Origin: Vicugna vicugna
Taxonomy: Eukaryota
Direction: 5' to 3'
NCBI GenBank assembly: GCA_013265495.1
Contig: MU058793.1
Location: 436,001-500,000, forward strand
DNA: 64,000 nt
The notes below the pieces were generated by a model. It worked only from the letters and a program-made list of their open reading frames with translations. It was not told the DNA's origin and did not search any database. The number at the start of each line of letters is the position of its first letter. Positions within the stretch are counted from its first letter, which is position 1. The position numbers and the translations under genes were made by a program. Below, in pieces: positions 12,971 through 26,230 of this stretch.

Positions 12971-13676
12971 AAGGCCACAGCCCCAGGATCAACCCTAGGG
13001 GTTGCTACTTGCACAGGTAGCAAGCATGGTTAAAGACACGACTCAGTCCACTTCAAATTCAGGTGAACCACCGTTATGGTTTGCCAAAGCATTGCCAAGC
13101 CTTAAAACAAAATAGAAATGGAAAGTCATATAAGACAAAATCTGAGTTATTTTCCTTGTACTGCCAGATTTTGTAGTTCAGGCTGCAGTCAAACGACTGA
13201 GGACCTTAGAGACTTCCTCACTGAAAACAAACTTTAAGGTCCCTAATGACGTGACATATTTATACCGAATACCCTCAGTACGTCTCTTGGGCCTTCCTTT
13301 TTGCACAACCATATGAAATTTCAAATGTAAAAAAGGAACAACAAATTAAGCAAAATGTTCCTCCCCGGTATTCTTAAATGAAAACATTTTAACTAATCAC
13401 AACATTTCTTTAGTTCAGTAACTGAACTCTACCAACCAAGGGTAAACGTATGTTCTCTAATTTCAACCAATCCCTCTAATTATGATTTGGTGTGAATTTC
13501 ATCAAAACATCAATGACTTTCTATGTTGTCCTCCATTCTTTGATCTCTCAAGTATAAAATGTAATGCTCTTAAGCCACATCATATCATGTTCAGGTGCCC
13601 AAAACAAATATGCTAATAGAGAGATGCAGATAAAGCTTATAGATACCCAGATATATAAATATACACGTATACAGAT

Positions 13677-13884
13677 CAGTGATTCTCCACCGGGGAAATT
13701 TTGCACCCCAACCCCAGGGCACATCTGGTCATGTCTAGAGAGATTTTTTATTGTCATGGCTTCCAGCATCTAGCGGGTAAAAGCGAGGGGTGTTGCTAAA
13801 CAGCCTCCAATGCACAGAGCAGCTCCCAAGACAAAAAAATTATCCTGTCTAAAATGCCGACAGCGCCGAGACTACGCAGTCCTG
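13677..13884. mobile_element. MER20 hAT-Charlie DNA transposon
   Basis: cagtgattctccaccggggaaattttgcacccc...gcatctagcgggtaaaagcgaggggtgttgctaaaca...aatgcacagagcagctccc...aaaatgccgacagcgccgag matches the recalled MER20 consensus. Confidence 0.85.
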
Positions 13885-16428
13885 ACGGAGATCAATTCAT
13901 ACATTAAGCATCAACAAAAGCTATTTAAAGTTTTTTTTTAAAATAAATATCACAGGATTATTGCTTCTACACCATCCAAACACAATCAGTGTTTTTTTCA
14001 AGTGGGCATTATGCTGACATCGGATCTATGTACTTATAAGATTATTGACTGCAATTAGGGATTATCTGAGATGTGTTTCAAATATGTGTCAACTAGTTGG
14101 TTGTCAGCACTGAAGCTTTCCATTTAGATAAATACTCAGTTGCGCCTTTTTATCCTGTTTTCGAATAAGTCAAGAAACAGAAATAGTTGAACACATTCTA
14201 AGGCTAACACTGAAAAGAGAGCCAAAAAAACCTATAAATTCTTCCCGAAGAATGATGTGACTTAACTGTGTTTATTTTCCACTGTCAGTCATATTTGACA
14301 CACCAAACACTGGAAGCCTACTTAACTCAAAAATCACGAGTGGTAAGAGTTCACCAGCACACGCAATCCATGATCATTTAAATCAGACAGGCTTACCTGT
14401 GAGGTCTGGGAAATGTCTGTTAATTCGCATCTATCATTTCCAGAAGTTTAAGAGCAAGTCTGAGATATTTGATAAGAAATTTTAAGAGTGTGTGAACCCC
14501 CTGGTACTGTTCTGGCTACGGAAACTTGTCAGGGCTAGTGTTTCACAGCGCAGGGCAGGGAGTTTTTGCTCACACTGCAAGAATATCTTGATTACATACA
14601 TTTTTTCCATGATTTTATGATTGCTTGAATGCTGCAGGGACAACTTTTTACCAGATGGGTGATCGTATAGCTTTCATTAGTTCTCTGTATCCTACCAGCT
14701 ATGTTTGCTTATTTATCTAAAATCTTTTACTAGGAAAGGGCTCACACGAGACTCTAAACCCCACTTCTGATAAGGTCTCGGGGCAGGAGGGAGGGAAATT
14801 ACATTCCTTCCAAACAACTAGTCTGAAATCCATAACTTAAGATTTTATATCTTTTATTTACTTTTAAAGGAGGTTTTTTTTTTCTCCTAGACCTATATTT
14901 TAATTAGTTTGAGTATGAGGCTAATGGTTTCTTAAACATAGCCATAAAATAAAATCCCTTCAAAGTAGGAGCTGTTGGCTTTCATCCTGAAGACAAATCA
15001 TGGAATTCAGTCAAGATGTCAAGGTTAATCTGGTGTATAGCTCAAATGTATTTTAGCATTTTACATAAACTAACCATGAATTTAAGAATTCCTAACTAAG
15101 GGAGGCATTTTATTTTTAAGAGTCCCAAACAGTCATTGTATACCAATACATTCAAGATTACCTTAACATTTCCTTGCATGGATTTAAAAAGATATGATTA
15201 TACAGCAATTTGTAAGCAGCTCTTTTAAAATCACATATCAAATTTTACTCGCTTCAGCAAAATCCAAATTCTATTCCAGAAGAGTGACTCAACTATATGA
15301 AGGCAAATTATATCAAGCTGTACATGCAAAAGTGACCAAAAAGGAGGTAAAACATGAAAAAAATCTTAAAACAATCACAAAGGGATATTAGCTAGGCTAC
15401 ATTTAAAACCAAAAACAGTATGTACATCCTATCTAAAAATTTACTAATCCTCTTGCTATGCCACAGTTAAAATGCAACCTATTGGAGGAGGAAATTTTTG
15501 CTTAGAAACATTTTTTTTAAAAGATAAACTACTTGGCTTTAAAATAAAATGCTAGCACCTTATTTACAATGACTCTTATATAAAATGTACATATTTATCA
15601 ACCTATACTGACTCCATTTATTCCTAGAAAGAGAATTTTTTTTCTCATTGCTACTAGTGGCAGAATATATATGGCACAAAGGAAAAATTACCACATATTC
15701 TATAAAGGAGGGGAAAAGTAAGATCTATCTATAGAAACTATCTATAAATTTCTTTGGCCATAATAAAAATAATTTAGCGTATGATTTTTTTTTAAAAGAA
15801 CTGCAGCTGCCTTCGCATCCAGATTAACATTGAAAATAAACCCTGTATAATAAGGCCCCAGAGATAAGAAACAAGACTCCTTGAGGGACGTTCATCTGGC
15901 GCTGGCCATGAGCTGCTTCCTACACTGTGCTGTCCAAACACTCCACGCCAAAAGCAAGCAGGCACAGAAAGACCACACCCTCAAAAACTACGCCTATCGC
16001 CGGAACTTTCACTTTCATCGTGTTTGAATGATTTTCATCAGATTATAAAGAGGTGAAACTGCCTATCGTAATGCACAACTTGGGGGCGGGGGGAAGGGTA
16101 CATATAGCAGGGAAATTCTCAACATAAAAGAGCATACTTCTCCAGGGAAACATAAACCCTCCAGAGATAACAGAAAATGTGTTCTATTAAGTCAAAGTTC
16201 TTGACCCTTGCATTGACCAGAAGAGAAGGGCTGAGAAAACAGCAAGTGTTCATCTCATTCCGGCACTGAACAGCTATGAAGTCCCCACACGCGCCTTTCC
16301 AAAGTGAGAGCTATAAGGAAACTCTCACCTGCTGTCTCTCTACTGCTGGGCAAAAGTTTTTTAAAGTTGCTTCCTCTACTAGTCAGAGAAGTTTTTAACA
16401 CAAGGAAAGTAACTTTACCAAAGAGATG

Positions 16429-16747
16429 AGATTTAATTTCTTTGTTTTTCCTCCCTCCCTTCCTTCCTTTTTTTTTTTTAAACTGAAGTATAGTCGATTT
16501 ACAATGCTGTATTACCAGGGACGAAAGGAGGTGGGGAGGGATAAACCGGGAGTTCAGGATTAGCAGATACACACTATTATATATAAAACAGATAAATAAT
16601 AAGGTCCTACTGTACAGCACAGGAAACTATATTCAATACCTTGTAATAGCCTATAATGAAAAACAGTATGAAAAGGAATATATATATGTATAACCGAATC
16701 ACTATACTGTACACCAGAAATTAACACAACATTCAGATTTAATTTCT
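16429..16747 (-). mobile_element. 5'-inverted (twin-primed) cetartiodactyl L1 3' fragment with a 13-bp TSD
   Basis: TSD agatttaatttct at 16429-16441 and 16735-16747. PolyT plus about 34 nt of L1 terminus in minus orientation (about 16480-16514) is joined to about 220 nt of L1 3' UTR in plus orientation. Confidence 0.88.
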
Positions 16748-17387
16748 AATGATAGAATCTGAAATGGATGCTGTAGGTGGTCATCTGGAACCACACGAAT
16801 GTTGCTTTGTGACACATATTGACCAAGGAATCTTCACCCTGGTCTTGAGAAATCTGAATGATGGAAGGACCAGATGACAACACAGAGCTTTACAAAGTAG
16901 TAGCTGTACTGAAGTAGAAAACATATCTTTTACAATAAACAATATCTTAATATTGTTTTAATATTAATAAAATACAAATGTAATATATTTTAAGGGGAGT
17001 CTAATACTCATCAAACCTTATGAACTCCAACAGTGTTGAGAAACTTCATCAAACAAGCTCTTTCCAAGAATGATATTGCATCATATATAGACATGTCTCA
17101 ATTTGTGGATTTTCTTTTAAATAATCCTAAAGTGGTTTTAATGACATAGGAAAATGATCATGGTTTAATAGAAAACCATGATTCAAAACCATATACAGTG
17201 TGAAATAATTTTTTCTTCTTCTTTTTTTTTAATGTTAATCTAAAATTAGCACTTACTAGTTCTGTAACCAGAAAAAAAATATATTTACAATGGAACTGCT
17301 CAAGAAGGGTTTTCCTCATCTCAGTCAGCACAAAGCACATAAATAAAAATACTGAAAATAAGAAACAGCAATGATCAATTTTTACTG

Positions 17388-18550
17388 TTCATTCATTTGC
17401 TCCTTCTTACAACAAATATATTCTGATAACATCTATGTGCCAGGGAGTTTGCTAAAATACTGAGACTACAACATGAGCCCAAACAGATGGTCCTGTCTTC
17501 CATGTAGCATATAGCCCAGAGCAGGGAGGTAAGATAGCAATTAACTGATGACAGAAATATTTGGTGAGACTTCACCTGTGAAATATGCCATGAAGAAGTA
17601 TACAGGGTACAGAATGGATTAGCATAGGTGCTGGTAGACCAGAAGGAAAATATTGCAACAGACCAGATGAGAGGTGACAGTAGCATGAACTCAGGGAGGA
17701 ATGGCAGGAGTAGAGAGTAAAGATGGGGAAAGCTGAGTAGTAGATGGATTCCAGGGACTTCCCCTGGACTGGATGATGCGTTGAGACAGGGTAAGGGAGA
17801 AGGGGCTGCTGCCAAGGAAGATCGCAAGGTCTGGGGCTTGCGTGATTGGATGGGTGGCATTGCCATTCGTCCAAACAGGGGATGCTGAACAGAACCAGTC
17901 TCGGCAGTGGGGGTGGGGGCGGGGGGAGTAGGCTGAATCACAGATGCATTTTAAATGTGTTGGGATTGAGGGACCAAAAAAAATCTGTAGTTTATAGGAA
18001 GGTCTGGAACAGAGAGACTTTTTTGGTGACAATCTTTGCAAGACTCATGGGTGCAGATATTAGATGGAGCCATGGATGTGAATGAGACTGGAAACACAAG
18101 GGGCCTAGAACAGAACCTTGAGCAAACTCCAATATTTAACAACCAGGACACTGACTTGGCAAAGGAGCCTAGGAAAGAGTGGCAAGGGTTGTAGAAGGAC
18201 AGCCTGGAGAGGGTGGGATTCCAGACATCAAGAGAAACTTCAATAAGAAGAGACGGATGGATCCCGTTAAATACTGCAAAAGCCACAAGTACGATGAAGC
18301 TGAAATACATCTGTTGGATTGAGTGGCACCAAGACACTTTGCCGTTCACAAAAGGTGCCGGGCAGAAATACGAGGGAGGGGAGGTACCAGCTGCCCTCAG
18401 GGAGCTGTGAAGACAATACAGGCACACATGCGATGACCAGGAACCCTGTCCAAAAGAAACTCAAATACTCAACTCCGGTTTGGGAAGGAGAAAAGTGAAG
18501 GAGCTGCAGGGAGTGCTGTGGCTAAGGAAGATTTTACTTATATAGAGAAA
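17388..18550 (-). mobile_element. L2 LINE, about 1.1-kb degraded 3' portion
   Basis: Begins ttcattcatt...caacaaatatatt...ctatgtgccagg. Internal L2 antisense motifs include tggcattgccattc, attttaaatgtgttggg and gccatggatgtgaatgaga. Confidence 0.8.
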
Positions 18551-18590
18551 ATACGGAGAAAGTTAATTAACGTTGTCAGATCAATGTTGT

Positions 18591-18618
18591 AATTAATTAA
18601 TTAATTAATTAATTAATT
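18591..18618. repeat. (AATT)7 self-complementary microsatellite
   Basis: aattaattaattaattaattaattaatt read directly. Confidence 0.95.
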
Positions 18619-21559
18619 ATATGTATGTATGTGATGAGCGCCCATCCTAAGATTTTGATTTGTTATGGGAGAAAAAAATTAGAAGCATTATGCCCTTAGC
18701 ATATAAATTATCCCTCGATAGGTAAACAGGGTCCAAAAACGTCTGTAATGGAAAATCCCTTAGAACAAATGGATAAAAGAAGATTTTTCCTATAATAAAG
18801 CAGAAGATGCATCTTTGGGGATTACTGAATATGCCTTGTTTGCCAATGAGCTGGAAGAGCCATGCGGCCCAGAAACTGCTGGTTTCTGGTGGCGATAAGC
18901 TCACGGCAGTCCCATGCCTACTTCTCTAATTCCCATCCCTCTCCCCACCAGAGCAGCTGAGTCAGAGGCGACAGAAGAGGAGATGGAAAGGCATCCCCTT
19001 CATCGGGAGTGGTGGCAAAAGGGAGGAAAATGAGTTTTCCCAATACGCTTTCAGGGCTGGGAAATGTCACACATTAAAAGGTACTGCAGACCGATTTCAC
19101 CTCAATACTCAACTCTAAAATAGGGGTAGTTCAAAATTAAATATACACGTAATGGAGCAAGAAATATCTCATCTCCAGCTTTACTCACCCACACCCTTAA
19201 ATATGAGGAATTATCCAGATGTGCTCAGAAGAAAATGGCATCTAGAAGAAGGCTTAAGAGGACTGTTTCCGGCTCTGGGAGATCAAATTTGGAAGCCCGG
19301 AACGCGCCATTGTCACCTGCTTCTCAATATTGTTTTAAAAGCAAGAGAAACAGATTAGGTTTTGTAAAGTTAACGCGTGAAATACTAACTGGAAATTTGA
19401 GGACACTTCTAATAACTTGGAAACCATTTCTCACCAAGCAATTTGGTTTTGACAAATGTTGATGTTGGGGCACTATTAAACTGACAGTTTGTCTAAAGAG
19501 CAAGCAGTAAGAATTCCTACAGGTCTGTAATTTTTGGAATTAAAAATTCAGTGATGAATAGAGAAAATCAATTTCCCCCCTGGTTCTGATATGTATAAAG
19601 AAAGAAACTCATCTACCTTGAATCTTTCCCCTTTCATCTGAGGTTGGCCAGCTCTATTAAGTATGAAAAAGATGAACTTCCAGGTCCCCAAACTTGAAAA
19701 TGAGTAACCAACTGACTGTACTTTCTCCATATGTAGCCTCCTGGTGTATGTCTTCTTTCTTGAACACATCCCACACTTTCCCAGCTTCAGGCCATCTCCT
19801 CCATCTGAAATGCTGCTCCATTTCACTGCATCCCAACACATCCCTGCCCCCAGCTAGTGAGGCCTCCTGTTGAAATTCCATGCATTCATCAAAATGCAAT
19901 GCAAACACCACCTCTCCTGCAGGAACCTTTCCCAGCTTAGGTCACCAGAGTCATTCTCCTCTTTGGAATCTTCAGAGCTCTTCCCTCCCATCTTTTTTAT
20001 GATGCTCAGCATTTGCTGATAATGATGGATTCTTTCTACGCTTTATCCTATCACCCACATCCCCCAACCACATTGGAAGCTCTTGAAGGTCAAGGACCAT
20101 CTTGTCCCCTATGACTCTTTGGTAAGACCAGCTACATACAATGCTTCACCCATAGAAGGGACACCATAAACATTTGGATTTAAATTTTCACTCTCACATG
20201 AACTTTTTTTTTTAGTGGAAGAGAACACACCAACTGAAAAGAAAGAAAACCCAGGTCACAAAAGTACTGCATAATAAGGAAAAAGGAATCAAATCTTGGT
20301 GTATTACTTGGGTTCCAGGAAATAGAGTCCCCCAGATTGTTGGCAAATCTACAATGATTGACTCATTTGTTCACAAATGTATACAGAGCCTTCCTTAGGG
20401 ACTATACATACACACACAGACAAAGGACTATGGACACACGAGCACCAAACATCTCTCTCCCCCAATAGGTGTCATCTCTATATTGTTAGGTGTATTATAT
20501 TATTAGCAATCCTTTGTAACTCTGTGGACCCACTTCCCAGAGCAGTTCTGCCAGTCCTCACCCTCTCCTCCGCTAGAGAACTTTGTCCCTTACCAACAAA
20601 AGCAGAGGCCATCAAGTGAATTCTTCAACTCTCGCCCCGAAACCAGCACCTTTAAATCATCCTTTTCCTTTTCCTTCCTTTGCCAAGGAAAACGTGTTCT
20701 TCTGCCTCAACTCTAAATCCTACTCCCACCCAGACTTCGTGCTATCAATTTACCTCTTGTTTGATTCTTCAACCTCTGCCACTTCACGCCTCCGCCGTGG
20801 ACATATAAAAATGTTCAAATCCTTGAGGGGAAGGGGAAGCAAAGACCACTCAAGCCCCCCTCATGTTAATCTCCCTTCCTTTCCCTTCCCCATTAACCCA
20901 GATTCCCTCTCCACACCTTGATCTTTCATTCTCTCCTGAAGCTCCTGCAATCTGTCTTCCTCTGTTTAATGAACTACCATGAAGTCTACCATGGAATCCC
21001 AAAGACCAAACCCCACGGACACCTCCCTGTAGCATCTCTGTCTCAAATGATCGCTTTCACTCCCCTGACACTTTCAACCAATCCTTTTTTGAAAGAGTAT
21101 TCTCATTTGGAAACAGTTACTCTCAGCCAGTTTTCTTATTCCCCTGAAGATTTCTCAGTTTCTTCTTAACACACGCTCTGATAATGCATCATGTCCAATG
21201 CATCAACCACCACCAACACTCTTCCAGCTAAATATCTGTTATTGTACTGAGTTGCAATTTTCCAGCTCCTACTGAATATCCCTATGAATGTCTTACCAAC
21301 AACTCAAATTCAACATATCCAGTGCAGGGATTACCTTACCCATCTCAGGCATATTTCCCTCCCCAAATATCACCTCTGATCCTCTCTCATCTTCCACGTC
21401 AGGTCCTCAGCTCTCCAGCGTTTTTCACATTGCTTTTTCTAACGGCAACGTCAATCCTACCAACCCTCAGATTCCAGCTTCTTTCTAATTCATCCTCCGC
21501 ACAGCGTCTCTCAGTTTCTCTTCTAAGTAGCATTTTTGTTACATTGTTAAAAAAAAAAT

Positions 21560-21870
21560 GGAAGATACTGAAAAATATGACTAACAGAAAAAGCATGTTT
21601 CACCCCATAACCCATAATATGACCATTCAATCATTCAATATTTTGGCCTAATATTTTCCCATCTTTTTTGTTTTTTCCTCTCTGCAACATGTATAATTGC
21701 TAAAACAAAACTGGGATCAAAATATATGTTTAATACACTTTTTAAACTTAAAGATATTCCATAACCATTGTCCTTGCCATTATATTCCAAGATGTGATTT
21801 TTAACAGCCACACCGTACACCAAGGCATGGCTCCAGCATCATTTACTTCACCAGTTTTCAGTGGGGTTAG
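21560..21870 (-). mobile_element. Old L1M (L1ME-like) fragment
   Basis: ctgggatcaaaatatatg...attccataaccattgtcc...gatttttaacagccacaccgtacacc...catcatttactt resembles an antisense L1ME 3' region. Confidence 0.5.
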
Positions 21871-23661
21871 CCTTCTAAAATGGAACTCTGATCATGCCCA
21901 CAGCTTACTGATCACAAAGTCCTTTCATCAGTCGGGGGAAAGGGCCACTCACAAGTCTACACCGCCTTATCTATACACAGCCTCATTCCCTTCTGCCACT
22001 CTTCGCCACTGGCAACCTCACCCCCTTAACTTCTCTGATCTTTCACTTCTAAGTTCTGTCAGTCTCTCTCCTAGAAGTGCCCCTTCTTCATCCCGTCCAA
22101 CCATGACAGGACGTGCTGCCAAGATGCTCAGAGTGTCTTTCACACTGAGTGGGACTGGTTTCTTCATCCTTCTTCCTAATTAGGCTTTAAGCCCCTCCAG
22201 GAGACTCAACTGTCTTATTGCATAGCTGAAGACGCCTACTAGTCCCTCGAATTTGTGTTAAAAAAGAGGGGACAAAGTTTTTCATTTGGGTGCAGCACCA
22301 GTGTAGGACTTACTATGTAATACTTACAAGAGCTCAAAACTTACTGGATGCTGTGTTTGTGCCATGTCTGATGTTGCTTGAGCTTCAGAGTTACAACTTT
22401 TTACATATTTGGAATAATTATTTGATGGATGTACTTGACCCACCCCTGACTGTGAATGTCACAAAGGTATTGCATCCCTTTTTACTATTTTGTTCTAAGT
22501 ATTGGATGGACACACAGTGTGGGACTTGATGGGAGTTGAGTATTTCCTGCATAAATGAATAAATGACTCCATGAGGTCACCAATAGTGTGATCTCCGTCC
22601 TTAAAGAGTGGACACTAGACAGACTCTTTGGTTGAGGTTTCATATAAAAAATCAGAAGATGACCCATCAGTATGTTTCAATGTTCTATAGTAATTTTTCA
22701 GAAATTTTCTTGGTTCTCATGAAAGTAGGCACCCTCGGCCACGTGCTAAGCTGCCTTCCGGGCTACACGCCACATTTCTGGGAGCCAGAGGAAGTCTGGC
22801 TTTTAAAGAATTCCAGTCTGAACAGTTCTGCTGGGTCCCCTTTTCATGACAGAGGCTGGTCTTGGAATATTATTCCCTCAGTTGTTGCAGGCTTTGCAAA
22901 TTAGATCTATTTCTCAAAATGGATCTGTGACATGAATCTTGGTACCAAATTACTTTGGCAATATTTTAAAAACTTTTTAATGGTGCTCTTGCTGTTGGTC
23001 ACTTTTAAAACTACACAAAAATGCCTTCACTTCCCTTTTATATAGAACATTCATGAAGAACTGAATTTTCATACACTGTGTCTGAGACCTAAGACAGATG
23101 GCCAATCAAAACTAAGTCACTTGTCCCCTTCCCAATTGAGGCAGGGCTCCGAACGTTACCAGGTGTTTTCAGATATGAGAAGAAAAATGAAAGGCCATAT
23201 CTTTGCTTCTGATTTGCAGGATGATGAAAAGCGTCTTTATTTTCTCTTCCTCAAGAGTAGACTCTTTCAACTCCCAATTTTGTTTTCATGAGAGGCACAA
23301 GGTAGATCAGACAAGCCAACTAAAAAAAAAAAAACAAGTTCACTCCAGCTTTGGTTCTGAGAACAGTCAGATCAAAAGAACTTTTCTGAAGGCAAAACAG
23401 GTGGGTTTTTCCCCTTTATACTTACAAGTGAAACAAACATGGACTTTGTACTTTCACTGAACACAGAACAAGTGGACAGAAGTGAGCTTCTCTCTGCTTC
23501 GTTAATACTCACACCTGCAAAGGACTCCCTTTCTGCAAAAGGCAGAGGCAACTGAAACCAGAGACTTACAAATGGGGCAAAGGAAATAAGGCTTTGGGAC
23601 ACTATTCTAGACAATGTGTGCAGGATAATGTAAAAGAGAGAAATAAATGTAAGGTAATGTT

Positions 23662-23805
23662 AAGAAATATTTAGTAATGAAAAAGAATGGGAAAGGAATA
23701 TACGTATGTATATGTATGGCTCAAACATTATGCTGTACATCAGAATTGACACAAAGTTGTAAACTGACTATATGTCAATTTGAAAAAGAAAAAAGAAATA
23801 TTTAG
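23662..23805 (+). mobile_element. Very short 5'-truncated L1 3' end with a 13-bp TSD
   Basis: TSD aagaaatatttag at 23662-23674 and 23793-23805. Body is aatgaaaaagaat...tatgctgtacatcagaattgacacaaagttgtaaactgactata plus an A-rich tail. Confidence 0.85.
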
Positions 23806-24875
23806 CCTTGGACACACATCCACACACACACACGCCCACCACATGTACATCCACCCTCTTCCTCTCAGACGCTTTGGAAAATGAGAGCTACAGTTTTTAT
23901 TCAAGTTCAGCATATCCATAAATTGGACCAGAACATAAAAGTGGTAGTGATGAGTTCCCAGGAGAGGTTAAAAAAATAAATGCATAAATAAACTGCAGGG
24001 TGATGAGAAGCTGTAAAGCACATTTTATGCCAAATATCATCTAAAGAGAATTACTTACTGGCAAGAGGAAAGAGAGACACTCGGTTATAAATATTTGACC
24101 ACTCTAAATACTCCCTTTCGTCCTTCCCAACCTCTCTTTTTCTCCCAAGAAAATGTCCCCAAATTCTTTATTTTCATTCCAGTGCATCTCAGAATCTTCT
24201 TTAAAACTGTCTTGTTTAGACAATGTACGTTCTCATCCAAATACCCAGTGTCTTTGCTTCTATCTCGTGAAACCTCCCCCCTTTCCTTCAAAATCTCCCC
24301 TTTTATTTGGCAGGAGGATGGTAATTGTTTCCCAAAGTCTTCGCCATGTAAGCCCACAATTACCCACACAGTTCTCCCCTCATTGCCACACCCCCTAAAT
24401 CCAATGTCAATCCTTCAGGTGCCTTTTCAGTGTTTGTAACTTCCTGGAGGCACATGCTCTTTACACATTTATCTTCACCCACATTGAAAGGTTTGAATTT
24501 TCTATCGCAGGAGCAGATATTTTCCGACTGATAATCCCAAACTCCCTTATAACCCTTCTACACACAATTTTGAGAATAATTGGATAATCTCTTCCTCCAA
24601 CTCCCCAAAGACCCCTCTAAGACTAGCAAACAAATCTTCTTGTCACATGTGGCAGCTCTAGCCAATTATTTTCTAAAAGTCAGGCTCCTCTCTCCACAGT
24701 GTAGGATTACTGGCCAGGCCATAGGACTAGTGCTCACCCGTGCTCTCACCACTACAGTGTGAGCAGACAGAATGGGTGTTGCTTTGGGCCAAAGCAGTAC
24801 AGAAGTAAGCGTGGCTTCTCCACCTTCTACTTTTGCTTCTATCCTAGCTGGTTGTTGGCACTTAAAAGAAGACAA

Positions 24876-25385
24876 CTAAATAAAGAAGATGTGGTATGTG
24901 TGTGTGTGTGTGTGTGTATATACATATGAATACTACTCAGCCATAAAAAAGAAAGGAATAATGCCATTTGCAGCAATATGGGTGGACCTGGAGATTGTCA
25001 TACTAAGTGAAGTAGCCCACAAAGAGAAAGAAAACTACCATATAATATCACTTACATATGAAATCTAAAAAAATGACACAAATGAACTTATTAACAAAAC
25101 AGAAAGAGGCTCACAGACATAAAAAACAAACATGTCCAGTGGTGGGGGTGGAGAAATAGACTGGGAGTTTGGGATTTGCAGGTACAAACTGCTGTATATA
25201 AAATAGATAAACAACAAGGTCCTACTGAGTAGCACAGGGAACTATATTCAATATCTTGTAACAGCCTACAATGGAGAAGAATATGAAAAGGAACATATAT
25301 GTATAATTGAAACATTACGTTGTACCCCAGAAATTAACACAATATTGTAAACCAATTATACTTCAATTAAAAAAAATTTTTTTAA
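24876..25385 (+). mobile_element. Cetartiodactyl L1, end of ORF2 plus 3' UTR
   Basis: gaatactactcagccataaaaaag...aataatgccatttgcagcaa...ggacctggagattgtcatactaagtgaagt...aaggtcctactgagtagcacagggaactatattcaata...tatacttcaattaaaaaaa; internal (TG)n. Confidence 0.9.
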
Positions 25386-26034
25386 AGATGAGGGAGCCTA
25401 CACTAGCCTGGCTTCACGGACAACTAGACCAACGCAGAACTGCACAGAGTGAACAAGAAATATGCCTCCATTACATGTCCCTCACTATACATCTGGGGTC
25501 TGTTTTTCACAGCTTTTAGGCTGTTCTGACTGGATCACCATCTCCTATTCGCTCATCTCCTCATAACTTCTGAGGCCATCTCAGTGGTTGGACATGACTT
25601 AGATCATTCTGTGTCTGTCTTGTCCTTCAAATCTCTGATCAAATCCATCTCTCGAATAAAAACGTCCACAGAGAATCACCTCTCAACACTCACATGTTGT
25701 TTATATTACGCTCACTTGTATCTGGTCACATGACTCTTTCAATCCATCCATCAATTTAAATATTTATTCAGTACTCTTACGTCAGATGCAAAGTTATTTC
25801 ACTAACTTGGTTATATCACGCTGGAGGAGAAAGGAAGCTTTTTCAGCCTGCGTGCTTTCCTGTGACAAACCACTCACCTGTGTCGTGCACCAGCGTGTGC
25901 AAGAGTTTATGCCAAATGGCCAACAAGGTGTAATTAGCTCGCTGATGACAGCACCCCGCTCAGCACCACAAAGGGAGAGGTGGTTAACAGCTCTTCCAGG
26001 GAGAAGGTTCTCCTAAAAACAGGATTACTGCCTG

Positions 26035-26230
26035 CTGTGGTTGAAGAGGGCATGGGTTTGCAGTTGGAGGTACGTGGGTTCAAATCCCACCCACCAGCTG
26101 GGGTTCTGTAAGCTCCTTATAAGTTCCTTAAATATTCTCAGCTCTGGTTTCCTCACCTAGACAATGGAGATAACATTGATGCAGACCTTATGGGACTGCT
26201 GACCATCAGCCGATGAGAGATGTGAAGAAA
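26035..26230 (+). mobile_element. MIR SINE
   Basis: gtggttgaagagggcatggg...tgggttcaaatccca...ggtttcctcacctagacaatggagataaca. Confidence 0.65.

Noticed and set aside
14391..14425. Possible recursive splice site on the minus strand (..cctcacag|GTAAGC)
   Set aside because: The pyrimidine tract is weak and two extra AGs lie between the putative branch point and the junction. Similar CAG|GTAAG motifs occur elsewhere (about 6335 and 46480), as expected by chance.
17393..18464. Cluster of overlapping 100-182-aa ORFs
   Set aside because: They lie within a degraded L2 element and I recognise no intact reverse-transcriptase motifs.
25958..25980. REST/RE1-like motif (tcagcaccac...)
   Set aside because: Only the left half-site matches; the GGACAG right half is absent.
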